A stretch of DNA of 49,166 nucleotides from a virus. Lineage: Duplodnaviria > Caudoviricetes. Made by a program: the position numbers and the translations under genes. Position 1 is the first letter of the stretch; each line of letters begins with the position of its first letter. Location: positions 1 to 49,166 of the IMG/VR virus record IMGVR_UViG_3300037506_000042. One strand, 5' to 3'. The notes beneath the pieces are model-generated. The model saw only the letters and a list, made by a program, of their open reading frames with translations. It ran no database searches and was not told the origin of the DNA. This document shows, one piece after another, positions 8,139 through 16,848 of this stretch.

Positions 8139-8327
8139 TCAAGAACGAGCTTGCGCCGCGCAAGTTCGTCGATGCGTTTGCTCCTGCGGCGCTTGGTCTT
8201 GGCTGTCATTCGATGCTATTCCCACAGCGCGCGCTGCATGTTGCGCTCGACTGACAAGCCGATGTATGCAGCAATGCACGCTGTTATCAGCCAGCGGTAT
8301 GCGCATCGCATTTGCGTTAACGATCAT
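8139..8327 (-). pseudogene. N-terminal remnant of a DNA methyltransferase
   Basis: MIVNANAMRIPLADNSVHCCI resembles the MTase start that normally continues into TSPPY; similarity stops there. Confidence 0.5.
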
Positions 8328-8380
8328 TTCTTGATGTGCATCTGTGTGTCCGATAAGGGGAAGTTATCGGACAACTAGAC

Positions 8381-8417
8381 GCGTTGGCTCAATCGATCCG
8401 GTGGCGGATACTGAAAC
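8381..8417 (+). CRISPR. Solitary perfect CRISPR repeat
   Basis: 37/37 identical to the array repeat, 748 bp after the last array repeat; preceded by a TGTCCGATAA/TTATCGGACA hairpin (8347-8373). Confidence 0.95.
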
Positions 8418-8603
8418 GGCACGCACGGTGAATCCGTAGGCGCAAGTACGTATCCCGGCATGATCGTTGGGCGCGGTTGTTCCGGCGGCTTGGGCGTCAG
8501 CAACGTCGATGTGATTGGCGAGAGTAGCGGCGCAACAGCGCGGCGGTCCTTGTCATACCAGCGCATACGCTGCGCGTTAAGGGGAGGCACGCAGCGCAAA
8601 TAC

Positions 8604-9350
8604 CTATGCTGGCTCTCCGGGGGCCTCTTTCGCCGCGGCGATTGCGATCTGCAACGCCGATTTCGCCGCGGTGCGCTCAGCCTGCGTGCTGCTGCCGTTC
8701 TTGCGTAGCACCTCGCGGGCCAGCGCCTGCGCGATGCTAATCTCCGTGGCAACCTCCACGGTCGCGTCGCGCGCAAGTTCACCAGCGGCCTTGCCGAGGG
8801 CGATCATTTCTGCCTTCCACTCGGAATCACGCGAGTGAAAAGCCTGGGCGTTTCCGCGTGCAACCGGTGTCAGTTCGCTGAACGGCTGCGCGTCACTGAT
8901 CGTTTCTACCTCGGTCTCATCCAGCATTCCCAGACCGCAAATACTCAGTGTTACGCGCCGCTTGGCTTTAGTTACCGCTTTCATGATGGCGTTGGCGACG
9001 TTGCCCTGCATGTCCCCGCGCTTCACCACGCCGACATCAGAATCTCCGCGCCCGGTTTTGTCGCGCGCCTCAATCGTGACAATGATGAGGTCGTCCTGAA
9101 ATTGGATGTCGGGTTTGCTCATGCTCACACCGTGAATGTTGCGCAACTGGTCTGTGCAATCCTTGCGCGCATACAGCGTGAGTTTGCCGTTTAGCCAAAT
9201 GTAGTCAAAAGGCTTTGTCATCGGGTTAAGGCCAAGTGATTCGCACGTACGCAGGTAATACGCCGCGCGCTCCTCGGATGACAGTTTGCCCAGGTCGCCC
9301 ATTATTAGCACCTGCTGCATGATTTCGCTCTTTGACAATTCGTTTCCCAC
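8604..9350 (-). CDS. Single-strand annealing recombinase (RecT/Red-beta-like)
   Basis: CESLGLNPMTKPFDYI...MKAVTKAKRRVTLSICGLGMLDETE pattern; GTG start with AGGAG RBS (ORF track starts at 9377). Confidence 0.7.
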   Translation of the reverse strand: MGNELSKSEIMQQVLIMGDLGKLSSEERAAYYLRTCESLGLNPMTKPFDYIWLNGKLTLYARKDCTDQLRNIHGVSMSKPDIQFQDDLIIVTIEARDKTGRGDSDVGVVKRGDMQGNVANAIMKAVTKAKRRVTLSICGLGMLDETEVETISDAQPFSELTPVARGNAQAFHSRDSEWKAEMIALGKAAGELARDATVEVATEISIAQALAREVLRKNGSSTQAERTAAKSALQIAIAAAKEAPGEPA

Positions 9351-9458
9351 GTCTTGTTTCTCCTGTGTTTTGTCCAATTCGCCGCAAGCGCCGCGCGTAG
9401 AGACTCATCAGCCTCTATAAACGCGCGCTTCGCATCAAGCTACATATCTAGAAACAAC

Positions 9459-9731
9459 TTATAAAATACAAACCACCACAAACGCGATAAGCGCAAATCC
9501 AAATAGCGCGACAAGAAAGCGCATATGCTTGTTCCCGCGCTTTCGCGCGGGAACCTGACGCCACCCCAACATCTTCTGTTGCTGAATGCCGAGCGCGCGA
9601 ATTCTTTCCGCGCGCTCCTCTCTAACTATTTGCGACAATGCTGCTTGTGCCAGCATCAACGAGAACTGAACCTGTGCTTGGCTTTCGCTCTCGCCCACAT
9701 ATTCCCCGCCCCCGTGCTTAAGCATTTGCAT
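9459..9731 (-). CDS. Small membrane-anchored protein
   Basis: GGAGG RBS; hydrophobic C-terminus FLVALFGFALIAFVVVCIL. Confidence 0.65.
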   Translation of the reverse strand: MQMLKHGGGEYVGESESQAQVQFSLMLAQAALSQIVREERAERIRALGIQQQKMLGWRQVPARKRGNKHMRFLVALFGFALIAFVVVCIL

Positions 9732-10473
9732 TTCCTCCGTGCTGCGCCTGGCGCTCAGTGAGCGCCCAGGCGGACTCTCGCTTAGCCTGCCACTCTGCGT
9801 ACTCAGCAACACACTGAGTACTCAAACTATCAATTAACTCGCGTATTCGCAATGAATAATTAATATCGTTCGCATAAACACTAGGTGCGTGTCTCCGAGT
9901 GACCACGGCATCGAGTTGCGAAACAATCGATTTTGCTGCATGTTCGCCCTCGACGGTCAAAAACCGTTTGCGCTTTACGGGCGAGTAAGACAGGTAGCCC
10001 GGGCCGGCTGTTCTGTCATACTTACAAGTTTCCATATCGTAAGCCAAGCCCCAAACAAAAGCCCCGTTGTCCCCTACTGGGAAGCTTGAGGATACGATTT
10101 CTGGAACACTTATGCGCACGCTGTTTTCAATTAGGTATGCCATCAAAATCGCCTTTTGCGCTGTGCTAATTTTTGCACACGCACGGCGATCAATAATAAA
10201 TCCGTGCCTTGTACTGGTAGCGACCTGAATTAGATCGGGAATATCTAATACTGTAATACGCCTTATCAAACAATTTGCCGCGTCTTCCGGATCTGAGATA
10301 TACGCGATGATTTCGCCTGACAAATAACCATCGTGTATGGAAACCTCCTGGCCGCCTCGAATATCGCGCCAGTCGTCATACGACATTTCCGCGACGATTT
10401 TTTTTTCCGCCGCTGCGCGCTCCCACGCAGAAGCTGCGTTTTCAGACAACACTTTGTAATACCCCTTTTTCAT
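9718..10473 (-). CDS. Hypothetical protein
   Basis: 251-aa ORF collinear with neighbours. Confidence 0.7.
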   Translation of the reverse strand: MKKGYYKVLSENAASAWERAAAEKKIVAEMSYDDWRDIRGGQEVSIHDGYLSGEIIAYISDPEDAANCLIRRITVLDIPDLIQVATSTRHGFIIDRRACAKISTAQKAILMAYLIENSVRISVPEIVSSSFPVGDNGAFVWGLAYDMETCKYDRTAGPGYLSYSPVKRKRFLTVEGEHAAKSIVSQLDAVVTRRHAPSVYANDINYSLRIRELIDSLSTQCVAEYAEWQAKRESAWALTERQAQHGGNANA

Positions 10474-10494
10474 ATTTACCGCGCTTGCAACATG

Positions 10495-10851
10495 TTACCG
10501 CTTGTTCTGCTCAACAAACTTAATTAGTGACGAACAAAACGCGATTTGCGCGCTTTCTTCGTCAAAACCAACATAGTCTCCGCCTACATGCAATCCTTGA
10601 TTGCAGTAAGCCTTCACAAAATCAAAAGCAACGCGATCCGATACGTGTCCAGCTTCGTTACCGCGTCCAAGCGCACGCCGCACGTATTTCAACGCGCCTT
10701 CGCAAGGATTTACAACATTGAAATCCTTGCCACCAACGCTACACAAAATCGACCTACCGCCTCCATATTTTTCGTATATCATTAGCCTTGCCATACGCGC
10801 GTCGCATTCGTCGCTTAACACGCGACGATGAAACCTTTTTACCGCATTCAT
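10495..10851 (-). CDS. Hypothetical protein, first gene of the leftward operon
   Basis: 118-aa ORF starting 20 bp behind the leftward promoter. Confidence 0.65.
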   Translation of the reverse strand: MNAVKRFHRRVLSDECDARMARLMIYEKYGGGRSILCSVGGKDFNVVNPCEGALKYVRRALGRGNEAGHVSDRVAFDFVKAYCNQGLHVGGDYVGFDEESAQIAFCSSLIKFVEQNKR

Positions 10852-10870
10852 ATTTTGCGATTGAAGATAC

Positions 10871-10944
10871 AGTATATTTTGTTTTTGTCATCTGTCAATA
10901 CGCAATTTTTCGTATCTTGACACGCACTCTCGATTGCATACAAT
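10871..10944. promoter_or_regulatory. Back-to-back divergent promoters
   Basis: Minus strand TTGACA(10898-10893)-16-TATACT(10876-10871); plus strand TTGACA(10917-10922)-16-TACAAT(10939-10944); marks the switch in gene orientation. Confidence 0.85.
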
Positions 10945-10952
10945 GCGCACGC

Positions 10953-11201
10953 ATGAGAAAAAAATCAGCAGTTGCACAAATTGCGCGAAACGCAATCAAA
11001 AATCGCCAAAACGAACATCACAAAACGCGACCACATAACATCTCTTTTGTGGTCCCTACCGGGAATCTGCGTGAGCTGTATCACCAGCTACTAGATAACG
11101 GTATGAAGCCTGTCGAAATCGGAATTTACGCATTTCGACTTCTCTATGACGAGGTGTGCCGTAGAGACTCTTCAGAAAATGAGCAAGATACGAGCGAATA
11201 G
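10953..11201 (+). CDS. Small basic protein in the Cro-like position, possible regulator
   Basis: ATG 8 nt after the -10 box; MRKKSAVAQIARN; regulator role inferred from position only. Confidence 0.55.
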   Translation: MRKKSAVAQIARNAIKNRQNEHHKTRPHNISFVVPTGNLRELYHQLLDNGMKPVEIGIYAFRLLYDEVCRRDSSENEQDTSE

Positions 11202-11444
11202 AGCGCGTCTTTGCTACCGTGCGCGTGTGACTATTGAATACGTCGTTTTCGATTACGTCATCACGTGACGCGCAGTGAACCTAAAACAGAATACCGCACA
11301 TTGTACTAACAGTAACAACGTTCAACATAGCATGAAAACCAAAGAGACTACTACAAGTGCAGTTTCATCTACTGCACGCAGATTGTGTGTTGTTCAGCAT
11401 CGCATCTGCTTTCGCGTAAGAAATGCAGATTTGGCGGTGCAGAA

Positions 11445-12491
11445 ATGAATCGCGTAAACGTTCCTAACACTTTCCAGAAACCTAACTGGTTTACAGATGA
11501 GCTAAATTACCTGCTCACTGGCAATGAAGTAAAAGTGTTAGATCACGTATGTAGACATATTTTAGGCTGGTCAAGCAGCATTGAGTCGCGAAGTGCGCGA
11601 ATCAGCCTAGCGCACGTTTGCGAAGGTTTTACAACCGAATCAGGAAAAAGGTTTTACGGTACAGGTTTAAGCGAAGCTACCGCACGTGCAACGTTGCGTT
11701 CGTTAGTATTGTTTGGAGTGTTAAAGGTGATAGCGCCAAACGATCCTAGAAAAAACACTGGCGCACTGTACTGCATACCTGATGCAGTAGATGAAAAATG
11801 CATCGACGCGTTGTGGCAAAGGAGAAACAAGACAAAAAGTGATGCAAAATCAAAATCCGAAAAAGGATTAGCAGCTGCTAACCAAAAGCTGACTAAAGCA
11901 CATGCGAAGCTCACACCCTCCTTGCGTGCGACGCAACCACCCCCCTTGCGTGCGACGCAAGGAGATGAAAAGTTAGAGGTGGTTGCGTGCGACGCAACCA
12001 CCTCCCTTGCGTGCGACGCAACCACCCCCCTTGCGTCGCACGCAACACAAGAAACCAATATTAAACCTACAGTAAAACCAAGTACAGATATTGCGCGCAA
12101 AGCGCGCAGTAATTCTGAGCAAACAGTTACGCTACCCAAAACGTACGGTAGTTTGTTTGTCGCAATAGCGGAAGTGTGCATGCTTGACACAAGTGCACCA
12201 GCGTCGAAAAGAAGCATTTCCGAAGCTGCAAAGTTTTTGTGCGTTAAGCCTGGTATTAGCGTTGAACATGTTACAAGGTTTGGTGAATGGTACAAACAAA
12301 CCGAGTATCGCGGCAAACTAGGTTACCCGCCTACGCCGTCAAATGTTCAAAGTTTGTGGCGACGGTTTGCTGAGTCGGAGAATTCACCTAGCGCAGTGAA
12401 AAACTCAAAATCTGGCGCAGTGCGTACAAACGGTGAATTCATGAAAGAAATGATTTCAGTAGTGAGAGCAGGCAGCACGCACGAGGAGTAA
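11445..12491 (+). CDS. Phage replication initiator (lambda O-like organisation)
   Basis: N-terminal winged-helix-like segment (LTGNEVKVLDHVCRHILGW; GTGLSEATARATLRSLV) and internal iterons. Confidence 0.8.
   Translation: MNRVNVPNTFQKPNWFTDELNYLLTGNEVKVLDHVCRHILGWSSSIESRSARISLAHVCEGFTTESGKRFYGTGLSEATARATLRSLVLFGVLKVIAPNDPRKNTGALYCIPDAVDEKCIDALWQRRNKTKSDAKSKSEKGLAAANQKLTKAHAKLTPSLRATQPPPLRATQGDEKLEVVACDATTSLACDATTPLASHATQETNIKPTVKPSTDIARKARSNSEQTVTLPKTYGSLFVAIAEVCMLDTSAPASKRSISEAAKFLCVKPGISVEHVTRFGEWYKQTEYRGKLGYPPTPSNVQSLWRRFAESENSPSAVKNSKSGAVRTNGEFMKEMISVVRAGSTHEE
11922..12045. repeat. Origin iterons
   Basis: TTGCGTGCGACGCAA at 11922, 11946, 11983 and 12007, plus an inverted copy at 12031. 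Confidence 0.85.
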
Positions 12492-12493
12492 CA

Positions 12494-13069
12494 ATGCGAA
12501 CGATTCAAACGATCCAAACAAGCAAAAATCAGCTAGCCAATTCTTCAATAGCAATCAGTCGAGAGATTGCAGAAGTGGCACTTGTGATTGCTCAACTGCG
12601 CCCAGGTTGGATTTTGCAACCTTACGATGTTCAGAATTGGACTTTGCTACTTAGTGCGTACGATAAAGAAATACTGCACTTTGCCGCGCTTGAGTTCTGC
12701 AGGCAAAGAACATCGGAGAGTGTAAGCGCGGAAAACATTTCACAGTTTGCAGGTTATATAAAGCGCGCGATTGCGTCTTATAACACTTACACAAGAATAC
12801 ATCACGAGAACAAAGACAACTTTGCAATTTCGTTTGCAAGCGGATGCGGCGAAGATACACAAAATTTTATAAAAACCTACACGCGTGCATCAAAATCGCA
12901 TGAAAATGACAAGCACGATGACGATGACGATGACGACTACAATGACTTTTTGTTGCAAGCAATAGAAAAGTCAAGAATAAGACTTGAAAATGAAAGAAAT
13001 GCCGGTAATGAACAATCTTATAAATATTGGAGATCCTACATTGATTTTTGCGAAAGGAGAAAGCAGTGA
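12494..13069 (+). CDS. Hypothetical protein, possible helicase loader or loader inhibitor
   Basis: Directly follows the initiator; GAGGAG RBS; poly-Asp tract; function inferred from position. Confidence 0.55.
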   Translation: MRTIQTIQTSKNQLANSSIAISREIAEVALVIAQLRPGWILQPYDVQNWTLLLSAYDKEILHFAALEFCRQRTSESVSAENISQFAGYIKRAIASYNTYTRIHHENKDNFAISFASGCGEDTQNFIKTYTRASKSHENDKHDDDDDDDYNDFLLQAIEKSRIRLENERNAGNEQSYKYWRSYIDFCERRKQ

Positions 13070-13266
13070 TTGTTATTGTTATTGCTGTTGTTCGATTCGG
13101 CGCGATCGTGAAGATTGAATCAAAAAGCGGCTGGGAGATAAAAATGCATTCATCAATTGAGCGTGCGGTTGCTGAGGTAAGGGAGCGCTTTCCTCATGGA
13201 ACACGCGTTACGCTGCGAAAGCTGTTACCAGATTGTTATTGGTGTCAAGAAGTTGTAACGTTGTGA
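13066..13266 (+). CDS. Small hypothetical protein
   Basis: GTGA overlap with the previous stop; AAGGAG RBS. Confidence 0.55.
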   Translation: MIVIVIAVVRFGAIVKIESKSGWEIKMHSSIERAVAEVRERFPHGTRVTLRKLLPDCYWCQEVVTL

Positions 13267-13316
13267 AGCATTCATCTGTTCAACGCGACACATTGTCAAA
13301 AACATAGAGCCAAATT

Positions 13317-13691
13317 TTGGAAAAAATACGATTCGGCGCTTTGCCTTGGCCAGAACAAGTTTTGTGGACAAACGCAAAAAAAAAGGCGCACTGGTTAAGA
13401 GTTTCTGTAGCGTCGAGAAACGCGCGTGCACACGCTAGATTGCTTTCTGTGTCGTGCTGTTCATCAAGAAAAGCTGATGCAAAAATCATGCGTGCGCTTT
13501 GCATCACTGCGCATCCTGCTACACGCAGAAAGTATGACATAGCAAATTTGCTTGAAGCTTGTAAAAGCTACATCGACGGCTTGTGCGACGGTCTAGAAAT
13601 CGATGACTCGCAGTTTGTGCAAGTGACCGTGAAAAGAGGAGAGAAGCACAGATACGGAATCGTGCTAATAGATATGGAATCGCTAGAGTGA
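13317..13691 (+). CDS. rusA: RusA-like Holliday junction resolvase
   Basis: LPWP...N start and RRKYDIANLLEACKSYIDGLCDGLEIDDSQF (D-x-x-N...K...D...DD pattern). Confidence 0.75.
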   Translation: MEKIRFGALPWPEQVLWTNAKKKAHWLRVSVASRNARAHARLLSVSCCSSRKADAKIMRALCITAHPATRRKYDIANLLEACKSYIDGLCDGLEIDDSQFVQVTVKRGEKHRYGIVLIDMESLE

Positions 13692-13767
13692 CAAAAGCTG
13701 TAAAGCATGCTTTAAGATGCCAAGCATGCTAAGATTTTGCGCTAGATGTGTTCAAAAGGAGTAAAAC

Positions 13768-14469
13768 ATGAGCGATAAACGAGGATTAGTTCTTACCGTT
13801 TCGGCAATGGCTGTTGCAGCGCCGCGTTACGCAGGTGCAATGGCTCAAGCCGCCGGTTACGCGCTTGACGGTTTGATTTGGTTCTGGATCGAAACGGTTT
13901 CAGGTCTTGGATTCGCAATGCTTGAAGCAGTCGTTATAGCGCTAGCAGCGCGTGCGTGGAGTGACGCACCTGAAGGAAAAACACGTAACGCTTTAGGTGT
14001 TTTGATTGTTACGACTTTTGCTTTGCTAGCTTTGATGGTCACTCCATACATTCGTGCTACTGTGTCACGCGTTACTGTTCCTGATGTGCTCGACAGCGTG
14101 ACGCTGTGGCTGTGGTCCCTTTCCGTTGGCGTGTCGCCATTGTTTTTGATGGCAACATCAGGCGTAACGGATCACACAAACAAGCGTAACGGCACACGTA
14201 ACGCGGCGCGTAACGTTGCTTTGCGAGCGCGTGACGCTACAGTGTCTGAAAGTTACGTTATTAGCAAAGCGTCGCGTAACACGCTAAAATCAGGTGACGC
14301 AAACGACGCAAAGCAAGAACTACAAAAAGCATTTGATGTTTCCGCGTCGCAGGTTGTCGCAGGGACAGAAAAACTGCAAGAAAATATTTCACCTGCTGCA
14401 AGACGTCAAAGAGAGTATAGAGCTCGACTGCGAGCAAAATTGCATAACAAAAGTCAGCACATAGACTAA
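13768..14469 (+). CDS. Multi-pass membrane protein with basic C-terminal tail
   Basis: About four hydrophobic segments; AAGGAG RBS. Confidence 0.75.
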   Translation: MSDKRGLVLTVSAMAVAAPRYAGAMAQAAGYALDGLIWFWIETVSGLGFAMLEAVVIALAARAWSDAPEGKTRNALGVLIVTTFALLALMVTPYIRATVSRVTVPDVLDSVTLWLWSLSVGVSPLFLMATSGVTDHTNKRNGTRNAARNVALRARDATVSESYVISKASRNTLKSGDANDAKQELQKAFDVSASQVVAGTEKLQENISPAARRQREYRARLRAKLHNKSQHID

Positions 14470-14482
14470 AGTGTAAACGTTT

Positions 14483-14923
14483 ATGTTACGCGTTATTTCA
14501 TTTTTTGCAGTGCTTGTAGTGTTTTCAGCTACTGCAAGCGCGCAAAGCAGCGCGCCAGGTTCTGACGAAGCAACTGCTATAGTAAGCGAAGCAAAAGCAA
14601 CTGCCGGAGCTCGACTTACTGAGCTTGCGCCAACATCAACTATAACGAGAACCGAAACGCCGATGCCGACCGCGACTGCAACTGCGACTGCGTCTGTAAC
14701 GCCAACTCCAGAATCAACAGCTACGCTTACACCAAGCAAAACACCAATTATCTTTCAATCCACGACTCCGGAACCAACTAAAATAGTTGCTAAAGAAACT
14801 CAAAGCGCTATTGGATTGTCTAATGAACGTTCATTTGTTATAACAATCGTGTTCTTTTGTTCGTTTGTCGTTCTAACTGCTGTGTCTTGGCTAGTCTTGT
14901 TTTTGATACGGAGGTTGTCATGA
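14483..14923 (+). CDS. Exported Pro/Thr-rich protein with C-terminal membrane anchor
   Basis: Signal peptide, TETPMPTATATATASVTPTP linker, C-terminal TM helix. Confidence 0.75.
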   Translation: MLRVISFFAVLVVFSATASAQSSAPGSDEATAIVSEAKATAGARLTELAPTSTITRTETPMPTATATATASVTPTPESTATLTPSKTPIIFQSTTPEPTKIVAKETQSAIGLSNERSFVITIVFFCSFVVLTAVSWLVLFLIRRLS

Positions 14924-15630
14924 GTCGAACAATCAAAAACTTTGCGCCCATGTCTTCTCCTGCAACTGCAAAGGAAGACATGCTACGCGCGATTGTAATT
15001 GCAGTGATTTTCGGTTTAATGGCTTTTTTGATCGCTCTTGTTGGTTGCGGTATAGGTGTTGCTTTTCTTGATATAAACATGGTTTATATCGCGCTTTGTG
15101 TTTCGCTTGTTTGGATGTTTTTTGGCGGTTTGATCGCTGCATATACTGTCATTGCGCCGCTTTCTCAAAACATGGCTGAAACACGGGAAGACAACAAAAT
15201 GATTCGCGATGCATCGCGCGATGAGCGCGAAGCGCTAAGAATAGAGCTTGAAGCACGAAAATACGATGCACAAGCAAAAGCAGCTTCGGCTGTGACAATG
15301 GCTTACAGGCCGATTGTTACTAATGTGCCAGTTTGCAGCAACTCAGAAACAACGCGCGCGGAAGTGGCGTTGTTTGAAGAAGAAAGTGTTATACCTGAAA
15401 TGGTTAACGTTGCAGGCGTCGGAGATGTAAACGTTCGTTTATTGTTTGACGCTGCCGACCGCTGGCCTGTTTCTAGAGAGTCTTTGCGCGATTCTGGTAT
15501 CAAGTTTCGCAACACAGAATATGGTGCAGTAAAAAAAGTGTTTGATGATTGCAATACGTATATGGATGCTCAGCGCAAAGCGCTACAAGTTACCAGACAA
15601 TTGTACCTAGGATTCCCCTACCCTGGGTGA
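14920..15630 (+). CDS. Membrane protein (two TM helices plus soluble domain)
   Basis: GGAGG RBS, ATGA overlap with the upstream stop. Confidence 0.75.
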   Translation: MSRTIKNFAPMSSPATAKEDMLRAIVIAVIFGLMAFLIALVGCGIGVAFLDINMVYIALCVSLVWMFFGGLIAAYTVIAPLSQNMAETREDNKMIRDASRDEREALRIELEARKYDAQAKAASAVTMAYRPIVTNVPVCSNSETTRAEVALFEEESVIPEMVNVAGVGDVNVRLLFDAADRWPVSRESLRDSGIKFRNTEYGAVKKVFDDCNTYMDAQRKALQVTRQLYLGFPYPG

Positions 15631-15716
15631 AATTGTGAAAAATTTGTCTGGAACTGCCTGGGAACCGCTAGGGAACCGCAAAAAATCGTTCCCGGAACTT
15701 GGAACCTTTTTAGTTT

Positions 15717-15753
15717 GTTTCAGTATCCGCCACCGGATCGATTTAGCCAACGC
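15717..15753 (-). CRISPR. Solitary CRISPR repeat (36/37)
   Basis: GTTTCAGTATCCGCCACCGGATCGATTTAGCCAACGC, reverse complement of the array repeat with one mismatch at 15744. Confidence 0.95.
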
Positions 15754-15782
15754 CCGCGCGTGTTGGCCCGCAGGAGTTGGGC

Positions 15783-15925
15783 CGCAGGCGTTGGCCCGCG
15801 AGGTGCTACGCAAGAACGGCAGCAGCTCTCAGACTGAGCGCACCGAGGCGAAATCGGCGTTGCAGGCCGCAATCGCCGCGGCGAAAGAGGCCCCCGGAGA
15901 GCCAGCATAGGTATTTGCGCTGCGT
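15783..15925 (+). pseudogene. Inverted 143-bp copy of the 3' end of the recombinase gene (8589-8731)
   Basis: About 7 mismatches; both encode QALAREVLRKNGSS...AAAKEAPGEPA*. Confidence 0.9.
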
Positions 15926-16016
15926 ATGCATCGCGCGCCGTGCGCGCTGCTTGCACGGGTTGCTCGCGGCAAGCAGAAAGCACCTGCATCTATATATGTA
16001 GCGCTACGGAGATTTT

Positions 16017-16490
16017 ATGTTGTCAAGCGACTTGGCCGACCGCGTATTCAGTGGCGAGTTTCACAACGAATCGGACTGCGAAAAGTTGCACGGACTGATT
16101 ACGGAGATGGCGAGCTGGATCAGTGATGCGCAAACTCACATGGCCGACATTGAAAGTGCGCCGCATGCGATCTACTTGCAGGTCCGCGGCGAAAATGTCG
16201 CACTGCTGGGTGTTGACGGACCAGTAGATTGGAACGATAGCGAAGTGACTTGGTGCACGGTTCGCGTTTTTGATTCTGACGTTCAGTATGTCAAGGCGTC
16301 GGTGCTCAAAGAGCAGGCGGCCGAAGTCGCCAGACTAAACCGCGCGCTCGACATCTGCCTGAAAGAGTTGTTGGCAATCTCGCGGCTCGATAACCAGTCG
16401 GACACTTGGGATCTGTATCACGCAGCCAAGCAGGGTCCGATCATCGCGCGCCGTGCGATTGCCGCCCAGGCGGAGGCACGCACCGCATGA
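16017..16490 (+). CDS. Hypothetical protein carried between two CRISPR repeats
   Basis: 157-aa ORF with GGAG RBS; C-terminal helical region. Confidence 0.75.
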   Translation: MLSSDLADRVFSGEFHNESDCEKLHGLITEMASWISDAQTHMADIESAPHAIYLQVRGENVALLGVDGPVDWNDSEVTWCTVRVFDSDVQYVKASVLKEQAAEVARLNRALDICLKELLAISRLDNQSDTWDLYHAAKQGPIIARRAIAAQAEARTA

Positions 16491-16646
16491 TCCGCCTCGT
16501 GCTGTTAGTTCTGGCCGCGCTAACACTCACTACGCCCGTCAACCGAGACGCCACAGCCGACAGCGATCGTGATCTCCATCGCGCCAACAAAAACACCCAT
16601 GCCGACATCGACACAGACCAGCACGCCAACTCCTGCGGGATGCTAA
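16487..16646 (+). pseudogene. Frameshifted exported Pro/Thr-rich protein
   Basis: MIRLVLLVLAALTL signal in one frame; RPSTETPQPTAIVISIAPTKTPMPTSTQTSTPTPAGC* in another. Confidence 0.55.
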
Positions 16647-16652
16647 TCTGCA

Positions 16653-16689
16653 GTTTCAGTATCCGCCACCGGATCAATTGAGCCAACGC
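16653..16689 (-). CRISPR. Solitary CRISPR repeat (36/37) next to an AT-rich leader-like region
   Basis: GTTTCAGTATCCGCCACCGGATCAATTGAGCCAACGC, one mismatch at 16676. Confidence 0.95.
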
Positions 16690-16823
16690 TTTTTAGTTTT
16701 AGCGTAAATTCTCCAATGACGACCGGAAAAAATAGCACTGGCGCCATATTTTCCCCAAATGTAATTGCACGCTAAAACAAAATTGCGTTGTGATGACATA
16801 TTTTTGATTTTTGCATTTATAAT

Positions 16824-16848
16824 TGCCGCAGAGTAAAACTCTGCGGCA
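16824..16848. terminator. Hairpin, possible terminator
   Basis: TGCCGCAGAGT-AAA-ACTCTGCGGCA. Confidence 0.5.

Noticed and set aside
8418-8593. 8-bp direct repeat GGCACGCA (8418-8425 and 8586-8593) as another target duplication
   Set aside because: Too short and GC-rich to support alone, and it does not enclose the repeat.
11654-12316. 220-aa minus-strand ORF
   Set aside because: Antisense to the replication initiator, kept open partly by the iterons.
15648-15706. Cluster of GGAAC(C/T) words beside the repeat
   Set aside because: Short and irregularly spaced; cannot be told apart from low-complexity sequence.
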